DNA of 64,000 nt from Isurus oxyrinchus (lineage: Eukaryota): positions 186,001 to 250,000 of the forward strand of contig JANJGN010000151.1 of NCBI GenBank assembly GCA_026770705.1, written 5' to 3'. Positions within the stretch are counted from its first letter, which is position 1. The number at the start of each line of letters is the position of its first letter. A model generated the notes under the pieces. It did no database searches and was not told the DNA's origin. It saw nothing but the letters and a program-made list of their open reading frames with translations. Both the position numbers and the translations under genes were made by a program. Positions 1 to 10,756 of this stretch are shown here, in pieces.

Positions 1-129
1 TTGGAAAGTTTGCTGCAGCTGGTCCTTTCCTGTCATTGGTTGGATCAGCAGTGCAGTGGGACGGGGATCTGTATTTCTGCTCCGATAGAGGATTTCTCAC
101 ACTGCAAAATCACAGACTCAGGAGGTATA

Positions 130-628
130 ATGGGGAACCGTCTCGCTCCGCTCCTCATCATTATCTCACTTCTCAGTAAGTATTTCCTTCCTGGAAAAAC
201 TAGATTCTCCTCCTGACAATGTAGCCCAGATGCTATTGTTGGTAAGAAAAAACTGATGATGATGATTATGTTGATTAAAATGAGGCTGAAGCTAATTGTT
301 GTTTTTACTATATTTTCACGTTAGAATGGAGCCACCCAGACACAGTGGAACAACGGGTTGCTGAAATAACGGCGGAAGAAGAAAGAAATGCTACCCTAAC
401 TTGCACCTTGAAAACAAGCGATTCTAACCCTTATGTGTACTGGTACAGTCAGCGCCTTGGGCAGCCTCCAAAGTACATGCTCCATATCCTGGGAGGGGAG
501 GTATACAGACACACCGACATTCCCGACCGCTTTTCAGCTACGTTGAATAAAACAGCTAAGATTACCGAGCTAATGATCTGCAACGTCCTGATCTCTGACA
601 GTGCGGTCTATTTCTGTGCCACGCAACC
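130..628 (+). CDS. TCR alpha/delta-type V segment, family A, apparently functional (leader 130-175, intron 176-324, V exon 325-628)
   Basis: Leader MGNRLAPLLIIISLL + A|gtaag donor; ttag acceptor; spliced frame open: KWSHPDTVEQ..LTC..YWYSQ..DSAVYFCATQP; RSS follows. Confidence 0.9.
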
Positions 629-668
629 CACACTGCTGCAGAGATATAACGGATCCAGTACAAAAACC
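629..668 (+). other. RSS: CACACTG-24 bp-ACAAAAACC
   Basis: Heptamer 629-635, consensus nonamer 660-668 directly after V exon. Confidence 0.85.
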
Positions 669-675
669 TAACACC

Positions 676-710
676 GAGAGTTCCAGTTAGTTCTCAGCAG
701 AAGGTGCTCT
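676..710 (+). promoter_or_regulatory. RSS-proximal CTCF-like motif (degenerate copy)
   Basis: gagagttcc-agttag-ttctcagcagaaggtgctct; homologous to better-matching copies at 2403, 13456, 40769, 46124, 50521. Confidence 0.5.
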
Positions 711-1279
711 GACACCAATAAACAGATTAAATAATCCCGCCTCCACAGCGAGAGTCTCAGGGACCATCGCAAAATTGCAACAAAACACAACCCCCTCCAA
801 GATCCGACAATGACCACTTCAGTAGTAATATCATCATGCGATTTCAACTCGAGCATATAAGAAAAATGAACATCGTGAATCAATCTGTGGTGCTTTCACA
901 CACCTTTCTTTTCCTTGGATGCCCTTCACTGCCGACTTGTTCTTTCTCAGTCTCTGCCTTCACTCGTTACGAATAATTTCAGCCATTCTCTTCTTCCAGT
1001 CTTTACATTAAACGTTTCAGGCCATTGATAATTGTTGTAAATTACCTCAGACTAACGCAGCTGCCCATAGATTCAGGCCCAGTTTTATCCGAGGTTGCTA
1101 ACGTGGATTCCCTTTATTACTGAATAACTTACTCATCCTGACATGCCTGTATTCACCCTGTTCTGCCCAGTATGGAATGAATGTGAAAGTACAGCAGTTC
1201 TCATAGAGAGACAGAGTTACATCATTTTCGACCGTGGTATTATTGTTATTATTGATTTCAGCTCCTGACAAGTGGGTCC

Positions 1280-1560
1280 GATGTGTGATAACAGTCTGCT
1301 GTAGCACCGCCCACAGCTTCCCGTTTGCAGCCGTCTCTCTGACCCGCCTTGCCTGCCCTCTATTATTGGACCGGTTGCTGCCTCTGTTCTGGTTGGCATT
1401 GTTTGGGTCAGCAGTTCAGTGGGGCGGGGCTCAGTATTTCTGCTCTGACAGAGGATTTCTCGGGCTGCAGCATTCAGAGAGAAGAACCATCCTGCGTAAC
1501 CATTTCAGTCCGCTCCTCATCATTAGATCACTTCTCAATATGTATGTCCTTCTTCGTGAA
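1280..1560 (+). pseudogene. Orphan family-A promoter + decayed leader exon with no V exon
   Basis: Aligns by eye to 20-200 (cagcagttcagtggggcgggg..tatttctgctc..ccgctcctcatcattagatcacttctca); ATG and GT donor lost. Confidence 0.65.
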
Positions 1561-1596
1561 ACTCCATTCATTCCATTCTGGGAATCCCTGTCTGTT

Positions 1597-1770
1597 GAGG
1601 GTTGTATCGAGTCTCGGGCAGGTACAGCCACAATGTTCAGCGGCGCAGTCAGTCGCTTAGACACAAACCGAAAGAAAACCACATTAACCTCGGATCAAAC
1701 TGTCACCAACTGTTTTCAGGAGCGGCCAACAGAACAAACTGCAGAGTCCATTCGACCGGCATATCATCAC
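1597..1770 (+). repeat. Locus-specific ~175-bp repeat carrying RSS-like motifs (copy 1 of 5-6)
   Basis: Near-identical copies at 22488, 42096, 47013, 48850-49036 (-) and a diverged one at 33690-33830. Confidence 0.8.
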
Positions 1771-2402
1771 AGAATCAGATTTGGACTTACCTCTTCTAAT
1801 CCCCACCCTCAATAGATTGTTGCTATGTCTCAGGTAGCTTTCATCTCACTTCCTTCTGTCTCCATGGGTCTGTGAGATCCTTCGGTGGTCAGCTGCACTT
1901 TTCGAGACAGGTGTGGGTGGAATTAAACTTTGCTCTGTTCATTATCACCAGAAAGCTCGGGATTTTAATAGCGACAGAAAAGCTTCCAGCATTAAGGGAA
2001 CATTCTGAAGCTCAGTGGTCAGCGGGTGAACTCTGTACCTGAGATTTGTTTTAGAGATCATAGTTACTGCCTGGTGAGCTGCGCTCGTTGTGTATAAACT
2101 GTCTCCGACCCAGCAACACACTCTGATCAAACAAACCCTGTGAACGGGCCGCGGACGATGAAACCGACAGGGGAGACGGGGAAAGGGTTGTTCAATATAA
2201 TAGACAGGCACAGAAATGGCATCAAAAGGCAACAAGTTAATGAAAGTAATCAAATACATTTATGAAAATCGATTGTGGCACAAGCTGGAGTTGAAATCAG
2301 CTAATATAATTCCGCTAACGTTGATGTTCTTAATGCATCTTTTAGGAAGTCCTGTGACCCTCACTGTGGGGAATGCTTTATTGCTACTGTTTCGCGGTGT
2401 GT

Positions 2403-2435
2403 GAGCGCCCTCTGCTGAGCACAAACTGGAATTCC
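2403..2435 (-). promoter_or_regulatory. RSS-proximal CTCF motif
   Basis: Minus strand gggaattcc-agtttg-tgcTCAGCAGAGGGCGCTca, 23 bp past the nonamer. Confidence 0.75.
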
Positions 2436-2441
2436 CAGTGG

Positions 2442-2918
2442 GGTTTTTGCTCCGGACCTGCTATATCTCTTTTGCAGTTTGGGTTCATTGGCACAGAAAT
2501 ACACGGCGCTGTCGGAGAGAAGAGCCCCGGAGAAATTTAAATGAACAGTTTTGTTTCCTATGTGCAAATCAGCAAAGAACCTGTCTGTTAAGTTTGGAGA
2601 CTACTCTTCATCCCCCAACTTTATATTTTCAGTAAATATCTCGGAGCTTCGCCAGGATGCTGGTTGTACCAGGACAGAGTTTGGGCAGGGTCGGTTGTCG
2701 AGTAACTGCAGTCCAATGCTATGCTCTGTCCTTCCAGAATCATTCATTCAGACGGATCTTGGGACACTGAATCCGCGCCACTCGTTCCCGTAACACAAAT
2801 GCAGAATTTTTCAAAAGTCAGTGAGGAAATATAACCCCTGTAAACACACTGACAATGTAGACATAGAGTGACCAGGCAGCAAGTGCATCATTATCAGTAA
2901 CGAACATGGGGAGCACAT
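2442..2918 (-). pseudogene. TCR V pseudogene, family B (leader 2873-2918, V ~2482-2788, RSS 2442-2481)
   Basis: Leader MCSPCSLLIMMHLLP; acceptor mutated (ttacgg); DSVSQDPSE*..LDCSY..SWYNQ..DSAVYFCANEP with stops; heptamer CAAACTG, 24-bp spacer, GCAAAAACC. Confidence 0.88.
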
Positions 2919-3890
2919 GGTGCCTGGTATCGAGCGCAACAGAAAACCACAGGTTATTCTAAATATGTTGATCCCTCTGGTCTGATATTAAAGTGCAACC
3001 CAGATCAGGATCAGATCTCACTTTTTTAGAAATAGAGGAGTGGTTACCCGAGAGAGGATTGGCTGGTCTGTTGGAGATAATGACAGTTCCCCACCAATCA
3101 AGGAGAGCTGCAGACAGTTGGTTTCTCTGATTACCTCCAACATTCTGATATTTTTATCTTGTTGGTCTTGATGTCTGGTGGGTCAATCTCCCCTTAAAGG
3201 AAACATTCCCTCCGCAGTAAAACGCGGAACAGTGGGGTGAATACAGGATTGCACAAATTCGGCAAGCGCACAGTTACGCGTAAACACTTCCAGGCGGCGT
3301 GAATGTCAGCCTGGAGTTCTCTCATTGATATCGGAGTGAAAGTCAATCAGGAAATGTAGTTTACGTTTGTCTCATTCAATGAAACCATAGTGTCCAAAGA
3401 GCATTGAGGCGGCGTGGTAAATATAAACTGCACTGGTACAGAAAGCAAATATGAAGCAAATGTGGATTTAAAGGCAAAGGAGTAAAATTATTTACAGGCA
3501 ATGAGGAACCAGCAAACAACCCTGCTAAATTAAATGATTTTGAGCCGGCGATGACCATTGACGTTAAAAATACCCCAGAGATCCAATCAACCTAAATAAA
3601 ATAATCTATTGTTGTAAAGAGAAGGAAAAATTCATTCCCAGTGACTGGTCAAGAGTTCTCTGCATTGAGACAGCCAGTCCCTGCGTGATGCACTGAATGA
3701 CGCCTGATGACAGCAACCAATAATAAGTCGATTGGTGAGAAAATCACTCATCAGTCATTCACTATAAGCGGAGGATGTGAAGCTCTCGCTCTCCCCCTCC
3801 TCTCCACCATAGTGAACCCTGGGCTCGGCAGCAAGTTCCAGCTTGGAAATCAGACCCTGATGGATCCACCTTTTGTTCATCTTCGTCATC

Positions 3891-4358
3891 ATGAACAGAA
3901 ACCCCTGCAAAGGCCTGTTTACAATAGGGTCCCTGATGCTCTGGATATTGTGTGAGTTTATTTACCTAGTCAGATGCATTGTCTAACCAATCTCTTAATA
4001 CCCTGTCGTAGTTTGTGGAATTTTCCCTCTGTTTACAGTCGTTCAGTTTGAGGATCAGAGCTCCCACCCTGAGCAGGTGGTGTGTCGGGAAGGGGAACGG
4101 GTTGAAATGAGCTGTCGGCTCTCTATTGGCTCTGGTCATACAGTAGCCTGGTACAGGCAAACACTGTCAGGGGCTCCGACACTTACTGGCTCCTAATATC
4201 AGGAGAGCGGACAGAAGGACGCTCCGCATTGTTCTTTGATCGAGTGAAGAATTTCAACACCATATCTATAGACAACACAGCCGTCCAGGACGCCGGAATC
4301 TATCACTGCGTGAAGCAGACACAGTGAGACATAGAGCGGATCAGGCCGTACAATATCT
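3891..4358 (+). pseudogene. TCR V pseudogene (leader 3891-3951, V 4039-4319, RSS 4320-4358)
   Basis: Leader MNRNPCKGLFTIGSLMLWIL|gtgagt; EGERVEMSC..AWYRQ, frameshift near 4180, DAGIYHCVKQ; CACAGTG-23-ACAATATCT; CCAAT and TATA-like motifs at 3717-3767. Confidence 0.88.
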
Positions 4359-4639
4359 TGTTCACTGCCCTTCTCCGCTGCACCTTTAACTTTTACCCAA
4401 ACGGGGCCTTTTGAAATGCCGGCGATGGTCAGAAATGTTACTTTCTCATTTTCAAACCTCCATCTGGATAAAGTTAGAAAATTCCAAGGCTGTTGCTGTA
4501 GATACGGCGCCCAGAAACATATTAAGTAAAACTTGGTTATAGAACATACGAAGTAAAGATATGGACAGACAAAGGTATGTGACTCTCATATACCTAGATA
4601 GGTACATAAACGAGAAAACGAAACATAAGCAAGGAGATA

Positions 4640-4698
4640 AATAGATAGGTAAATAAAAAGATAGATAGATAAATAGATAGATTGATAGATAGATAGAC

Positions 4699-4734
<36 letters not shown>

Positions 4735-4750
4735 TGATAGATAGATACGA
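4640..4750 (+). repeat. (GATA)n microsatellite
   Basis: Direct reading. Confidence 0.95.
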
Positions 4751-4872
4751 AGATAGGATGAGAGGAAGATATATCAGTTTATTATGCAAAAACAATTATA
4801 GATTTATATAATTTCATATAATTATGTTCCTTTTACATATCATGATGCTAATTTTATTCTTGTTCTCGCAGC

Positions 4873-5190
4873 TGTTGTTTGTAAGTCGGAGACATTTCGG
4901 ATCTCGGTGTATGGGGGAAGTGAAGGACAAACTATTTCACTTCATCATTCTGCTACTTTCGCTACCAGTGATCTTGGATTCTGTTACCGGCAATTCTCCA
5001 AACGAGCTCCCTAGTATTATGTCCCCACACTCAGAGATGAAATAGTTGCGGGAAGGTTTAAAGTATCCTGGAGCAGTGAGAAATGCTCCATCACTCTCAC
5101 CGTTATCATAGTCCGGCTATCAGACACTGCGGTGTATTACAGTGCAGTGAGACACGGGAAACCAATAGGTGAGAATCTTGTACATAGACA
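4873..5190 (+). pseudogene. Highly decayed TCR V exon
   Basis: ttctcgcag acceptor; FCYRQFSKRAP*Y; RFKVS..ITLTV..LSDTAVYYSAVR; decayed RSS cacggga..acatagaca. Confidence 0.7.
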
Positions 5191-6270
5191 CTCTCGACAT
5201 GGAGACTGAGGGAACAACCAGCTCACGGGTATTCGAAGTGCGAGTGATACAAGTGAAATCAGTCAAAAAATTGTAATTTGTTATCAGAGCAATTTAGTAG
5301 AATAAAATAATATTTATTTATCGGTACGAGAGATCTCGACTGTAAAGAATACGCAAACAATGAAGCACTGAAGCAACCAGAATAAAGAAAGAAGGACTGT
5401 TTGTTATTGAGTACAGTTCCTGTCCCTACATCTCAGCAGCGCCAGAATGAGGAATACTAGATACATCCTTAAGTTTACAGGTCAATAAGCAAACATGACA
5501 CAGCTGGCATTAGATGAACACATATCGGGTAAACACATTACCAGATACCTAAAGGAACCAATTTCAAGTCACGTGGAATTTCTGCTTCTGGGTTGGTTGT
5601 AACTATTGTTCACACGATGAAAGAAGCAGTTTGTTGATCTGCTCCTCCCTAGCCCAGCGGCTCACATCTGAACAGGCCAGTTGACTGAAGACCAGCAAGT
5701 TCCTCTCCTCCATGTGTAGGAGGAAACCTGTCGCTTTCTGCCAATGGCTCTGGAAAGGAACATATCAGGCACTGGGTGTTCGAATCCAGTAAAATTCTTT
5801 CCTGATAGAATGAATAGAGGCTGGAGAAATGTACCTCACAAAGGAATCAACATCTTCCGGCAGCTTCCAGCTTTTTATTCAGAGACCTATTTCAGGCAAT
5901 TGAAATATCTCCTGGGGGGAAGGGAGTTTAAAGGAAAATGCAGTTTTCTCGTTGTTACATCTTTTCCTTCAAGGTTTACTTCAACATTTACTTTTCCCAC
6001 TAGTTATTTGCACTTTCCTTTATTCATCTTTTCTTATTTTGTTAATGTCCTTTCCCTGAAATGAATTGACAAACGTTTCTACCCATTCTTGCTCTCAATC
6101 TCCCTTTCCATGTTTGCTCCTCTGTTTTCCCTGCCTGGGTTTCCATTTATCTTTATTTCGCACTTTTTGATCTCTCTCTCTTCACTATTTTCTATTTTAA
6201 GCTCATGCACTATAGATTTCCATTATTATTACCGGATATGCCAAAACACAGCAGAGGAGCTCTCCCACAG

Positions 6271-6610
6271 GGTTTCTGTACGGACTCTGTTTGCTACACT
6301 GTGGCCTCACGCACAGAGATAGGTGGTGCTGTCTGTCATTTGGATGTCCCTCAAGGTCATTGTGCTAAATTTATTGACTCACCGGATTGCAACAGTGATC
6401 CTTCCTTGTTGATCGGTACCACATGTGGCCATAACCAGATGCTGGAGGGGCTGTTACGGGCGGAGTCTGTCCCAGTACGAGACGGTAGCCGAGCAGTTCA
6501 TGGATACGATTCCCACGTCACTGAGAACCAGCCGCCCAGGGAGCTGCACAACCTCAGCTTCACTTGAGAAGTGCATAAACCATCACGAAAACCCAGTAAA
6601 TCTGGAACAT
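6271..6610 (-). pseudogene. TCR V pseudogene, family C (single-exon leader+V)
   Basis: ataATG at 6610; EAEVVQLPG..SMNC..QPLQHLVMAT..TDSTTYLCA*; CACAGTG with spacer shortened to 17 bp and ACAGAAACC. Confidence 0.82.
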
Positions 6611-6819
6611 TATTGAACCGGATGAAATGCTTGTAGACTGAATTGTCCACGGAGAACCAGGGCACGAGAGCAGATTCAGGAGAGCTAACAATCAGCCAGA
6701 CCCCCGCTTCAGACCAAACTCAGAGGTTTCTTCGTGTGGAAAACCGAAAGAACATGTGCTCGGAATGTGCCTACTCTGGAGCTTCCACTTTCCATGTTTC
6801 TCACTAATGGCAGCTTACA

Positions 6820-7362
6820 ATAGGAACAGGAGAAGGCCATTCAGCCTGTCGAGCCTGCCCTGGCTTTTACCCATACTATCTCCATAACCCCTTACGTTAT
6901 TGTGAATCGGAAATCTATCAATTGTACCTTAACTACACTCAAAGACTGAACTTTCATGGCCCTCTGGGGTGGAGAATTCCAAAGATTTGCAACTCTCAGA
7001 GTAAAGAAATTTCCACTCATCTTTGCCATTGGTCGCTTCCGCATTATTTTAAAATTGTGTCCTCTGGTTCTAGACTCTCCAGTGGGGGGAAACATCTTAC
7101 CTGCATGTACCCTATCTATTATTTTAAGTGTTCTGTAGGTTTCAATCAGATCACCTCTCATTCTTCGAAACTTCAGAGAATGCAGGCCCAGTTTCCCCAA
7201 TCTCTCCTCATAAGACAGTACCACCATTCCAGGAACAAGTCTGGTGAACCTTCGCTGCACTACCTCGAAGCGAAACTATTTCTGAGTTAAGGGGGACAAA
7301 ACTGCACACAGTACTCTAGGTGTGACCTAACCAAGCTTCTATTTAATTGAAGCAACGCTTTC
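6820..7362 (-). mobile_element. CR1-type LINE 3' fragment
   Basis: QRRFTRLVPGM..LSYEERL..LGLHSL..RRMRGDLIETY..SRTRGH..FFTLRVANLWNS, the typical CR1 ORF2 C-terminus. Confidence 0.9.
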
Positions 7363-7364
7363 CT

Positions 7365-7590
7365 TGCCCCTCAACTCACAGGCAGCACTAAAACTCAGTC
7401 TTTCTCCAGGACACCAGCTCACACTCTCTGAGTTCACACTGGGCTGCCTACACTCAGTGTTTCTCATTGAGACAGTTCACGCTCTCTGAGCTCAAACCGG
7501 GCCACCCATACTCAAAGTCTTTGACGGAGACCTGCGGACACTCTCTGAGCTCATACTGTGGTGCCTACACCCAGTAGTTCACATTGCCCT
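7365..7590. repeat. ~59-bp tandem repeat (~4 units) upstream of family-C genes
   Basis: Unit acactctctgagctca..gggc..cctacactca; homologous arrays at 10380-10530 and 35100-35222. Confidence 0.75.
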
Positions 7591-8109
7591 CTTGTGTACT
7601 AATAATTGCGAGGTGTTTTGACTGTTGCTGAATCCGGCAAGTTGTATTTTACAGTATAGTTACAAATGAGAATAGATTTTCCCTCCTTCTTGGTGTTGTT
7701 CGCTTTTCCAGGGAGACCCTAATTCTCGCCTTTCTTTGTAAAATCCACCAATTCTGATCTGTTTCTCTCCTCCAGTCTGAGTCAAACCTTGTTTCACTTT
7801 GCTCTCACAGTGTGTAAAGAGGAATTTCATTATTCCAGTCCGAAAATATGCTTTTATTCTTTGAACCTTACCCAGATGTGTGCATAACGAACCTTTCTTG
7901 CTGATGTTTCAATATGTCAATAGTGGTAATTGCATCGTAAATTATAATGAAAGAAGGAAATAACCTTACATTCAGTTAGCATTTTCCCCAATTAATGGAC
8001 GTATCAAAGAACTTATCGCCATTGAAACGCTTGTTGAAGTGTGATCATTGTTGTAATTTAGGAGCTGTTGTCGTTAATGTCCATACAGCAAATTGACATA
8101 TAGCAATGG

Positions 8110-8385
8110 GATAGCCAGTTTGTGTGATGTTGATTGAGGGATGAAAATTGGATAATTCCCATGCTTTTCTTAGAAAGAGTGTCATGAGATATTTTACATT
8201 CACCTGAGCAGAGAGGTGTAGATCGTGTTAATGCCTCATCCAAAATACGTCACCTGATGTAATTCTCCTCCAGTGATTCACCTGAGCGTCAGCATTGATT
8301 TTTGTGCTCAAGTCCTGGAGTGAGGTTGAACCCAGAACATTTTGATGCTGCTGGGAGTGTGTCACCAACTGAACCAGGGCTGACA
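8110..8385 (-). mobile_element. Old tRNA-derived SINE (Deu-domain / AmnSINE-SacSINE-like)
   Basis: gattttgtgctcaagtcctggagtg..gaacccagaac..accaactgaacc resembles this family's head; recognised from memory only. Confidence 0.5.
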
Positions 8386-8669
8386 ATATGCAACAAAGTG
8401 TAAAAGTACTGATACTAATTTCAAAGCAATGCTGCTATTTTTCAATGTTCTTTACAGCCTTCTGTATTTAACACTGTGTTCAATTATAGATGATGACCTC
8501 TGCCTCCATCGTTTTCATGTTTTTTTTTTGCTGGTTCGTTCTTGTCTCGTTTCTTTCTTTATCCCTTCATATTCCATTTGGGCAGCCGCCAAGGAGCCAT
8601 TCACACCTCATCTGGAGACATGATTAGTTTGTTCAGAATACTCCTGACCATTCTTTTTGGCTTTTTAAA

Positions 8670-9025
8670 CTTATTTGATGAGATGTAGGCGTCGCTGACA
8701 AGACCCATTTGTTGCCGATCCCTAATTGCCCATGAGCTGAGTGGTTGGTGAGGCTGTCTCGGAGGGGAGTTATGAGCCAAACACATTGCTGCGGGTCTTG
8801 ATTCTCATGTAGATCAGGCCAGGAAGAGATGGCAGATTTTCTTCCCCAAAGGACATCGGTACACCAATCAATGTTACTTTCATGGTCACTATTACAAAAC
8901 TTGATTTCATTCCCAGGTTTTGCTCTTTAAATTTAAATTTGCCACATGCTGTGTGAAGGGACTTAAACCCATGCAACCGAGTCGCTCAATTACTAGTGCA
9001 ACAACATAACCATTATACCACTGTC
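8670..9025 (-). mobile_element. tRNA-derived SINE with LINE-like tail
   Basis: Same family as 17040-17270 (+), 38540-38910 (+), 52780-53040 (-). Confidence 0.7.
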
Positions 9026-9632
9026 TTTCCATTAAATGTACCCACTACTACAGAGCAAGCAATGAGGGTCAAAACGAATAACAACGAAGGAAACCTGTGG
9101 GTGGGGCTGCCTGAGCAGGGTAACTGCCAGTTCTGCCCCTATAATGTCCAGTGGATAACAGGGAGTAACGTGTGATCACACGTTATCCTAGCGGAACCCA
9201 TGAGAACTTTTCAACATCAGAACAAAGAGAAAAGTGGAAATGTATCCATGTGGCACGATTCAATGACCAGGCAACATTTTCAGAAAATTTAGCTTTGGAA
9301 CTAACAGAGAAGTATGAGTGTTGTTAAATATAAATGAATTCTATTTTATTTGAGGTTCTTTACATTTTATGACTTCATCTAATCTTTAAACTCTTGAATG
9401 ACGTTCGTTATTTTCCACTTTCTTTCATTTATTTTTCCATATTTATCTCATGTTATGAGCTTTTCACGAATGATTCCTGTACCTATTCGCTTTACCATTG
9501 CCTCTCACTCATTCTGGCTTGTGCGTTTGCGCTTCCTTTCTCAGCATCTATGTTTCTAACTCCCTGCATTTCTGATCACGTTTAAACCTTTATATATTAT
9601 ACTGCCTTGCTCTTGCCCTTAACACCGTCCCC

Positions 9633-9805
9633 NNNNNNNNNNNNNNNNNNNNNNNNNNNNNNNNNNNNNNNNNNNNNNNNNNNNNNNNNNNNNNNNNNNN
9701 NNNNNNNNNNNNNNNNNNNNNNNNNNNNNNNNNNNNNNNNNNNNNNNNNNNNNNNNNNNNNNNNNNNNNNNNNNNNNNNNNNNNNNNNNNNNNNNNNNNN
9801 NNNNN
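9633..9805. other. Assembly gap
   Basis: N run. Confidence 1.
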
Positions 9806-9864
9806 TCACATAATTCACAAGCCGATCATGGAAACATCGTAGTCCTGAGCCCCCACTCTGTGTA

Positions 9865-10230
9865 GGTTTCTGTACGAGCTCTCAGTTTGTTTGTTACACT
9901 CATGGCACTTAGATAGGAGGCAGTGTCTGTAACTTGCGTATCCCTCATGGCCAGGATACTAAGTTTGTTGTCTCCCCCGACTGAAGCAGAGATCCTCCCG
10001 TGTTGATCAGTTCCTCTTGTGGCCACTACAAGATGTTGGGGTGGCTGATTGGGGAGCTGCCTGTACCAACACACCACGTTCATCCCACTGATGATGGTGC
10101 AGTTCATGGATACGATTCCCGCTTCACTGACAACAATTCACACTGGGAGCTTCGTCACCTCATCTTCACCGGTCACTTCAGTGGAGATCAGAATGGATAA
10201 GAGAAAACAGACTCTGTAAATCCACAGCAT
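9865..10230 (-). pseudogene. TCR V pseudogene, family C (single-exon leader+V)
   Basis: MLWIYRVCFLLSILISTEVTG-EDEVTKLPV*..MNC..CWYRQLPNQPPQ..TDTASYLSAM; stop, Cys104->Ser, heptamer CAC deleted; nonamer ACAGAAACC 9865-9873. Confidence 0.88.
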
Positions 10231-10721
10231 TATCAGATCACATGAAATACCAGCTGAAGCAATTGTCCACGGAGATCAGGTTACGGCCAGGAAAACGATA
10301 TTGTATTCTGAAGATTGAACAAGGAACCAAACATTCGCTTCAGGTCCAACTCAAGGCGCTTTTCTGTCAGACTAGCGAAATAAGCCGAGCCTTGGAGTTT
10401 ACCGCTTCAGGATTCACACGAACACCGGTTCACACTGTCTCTGAACTCATGTCCTGGCCACCTACATTCACTACTTCATAGTGACATTGGCTCACACTGT
10501 CTCTGAGCTAACACGGGCCGCCCACATCCAATCAATGACATCAGAGAACAAAGGCAGCAAACTCTCCAATAATAAACCGGCAAAGAAGGCGGGTCATACT
10601 GACGACAGCAGTGGATGATGATATGGGCGGTGTTATAGCAGGCAGTGATATCATACACAACAAAACAAAAATACCTGGAAAAGCTCAGCAGGTCTGACAG
10701 CATCCACGGAGAAGAATACAA

Positions 10722-10756
10722 TTGACGTTTCGAGTCCACATACTCTTCATCAGAAC
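10722..10756 (-). ncRNA. Minimal hammerhead ribozyme motif in Penelope terminus
   Basis: GUU CUGAUGA A GAGU-augugg-ACUC GAAA CGUC AA: core, stem II and GUC triplet present. Confidence 0.6.

Noticed and set aside
1234-1815. 193-aa ORF and similar ORFs at 41997 and 46890
   Set aside because: Chance frames across an orphan promoter and the RSS-like repeat; frame not conserved among copies
6247-6262. CTCF-like CACAGCAGAGGAGCTC near the family-C RSS
   Set aside because: Opposite orientation and not conserved in the other two family-C flanks
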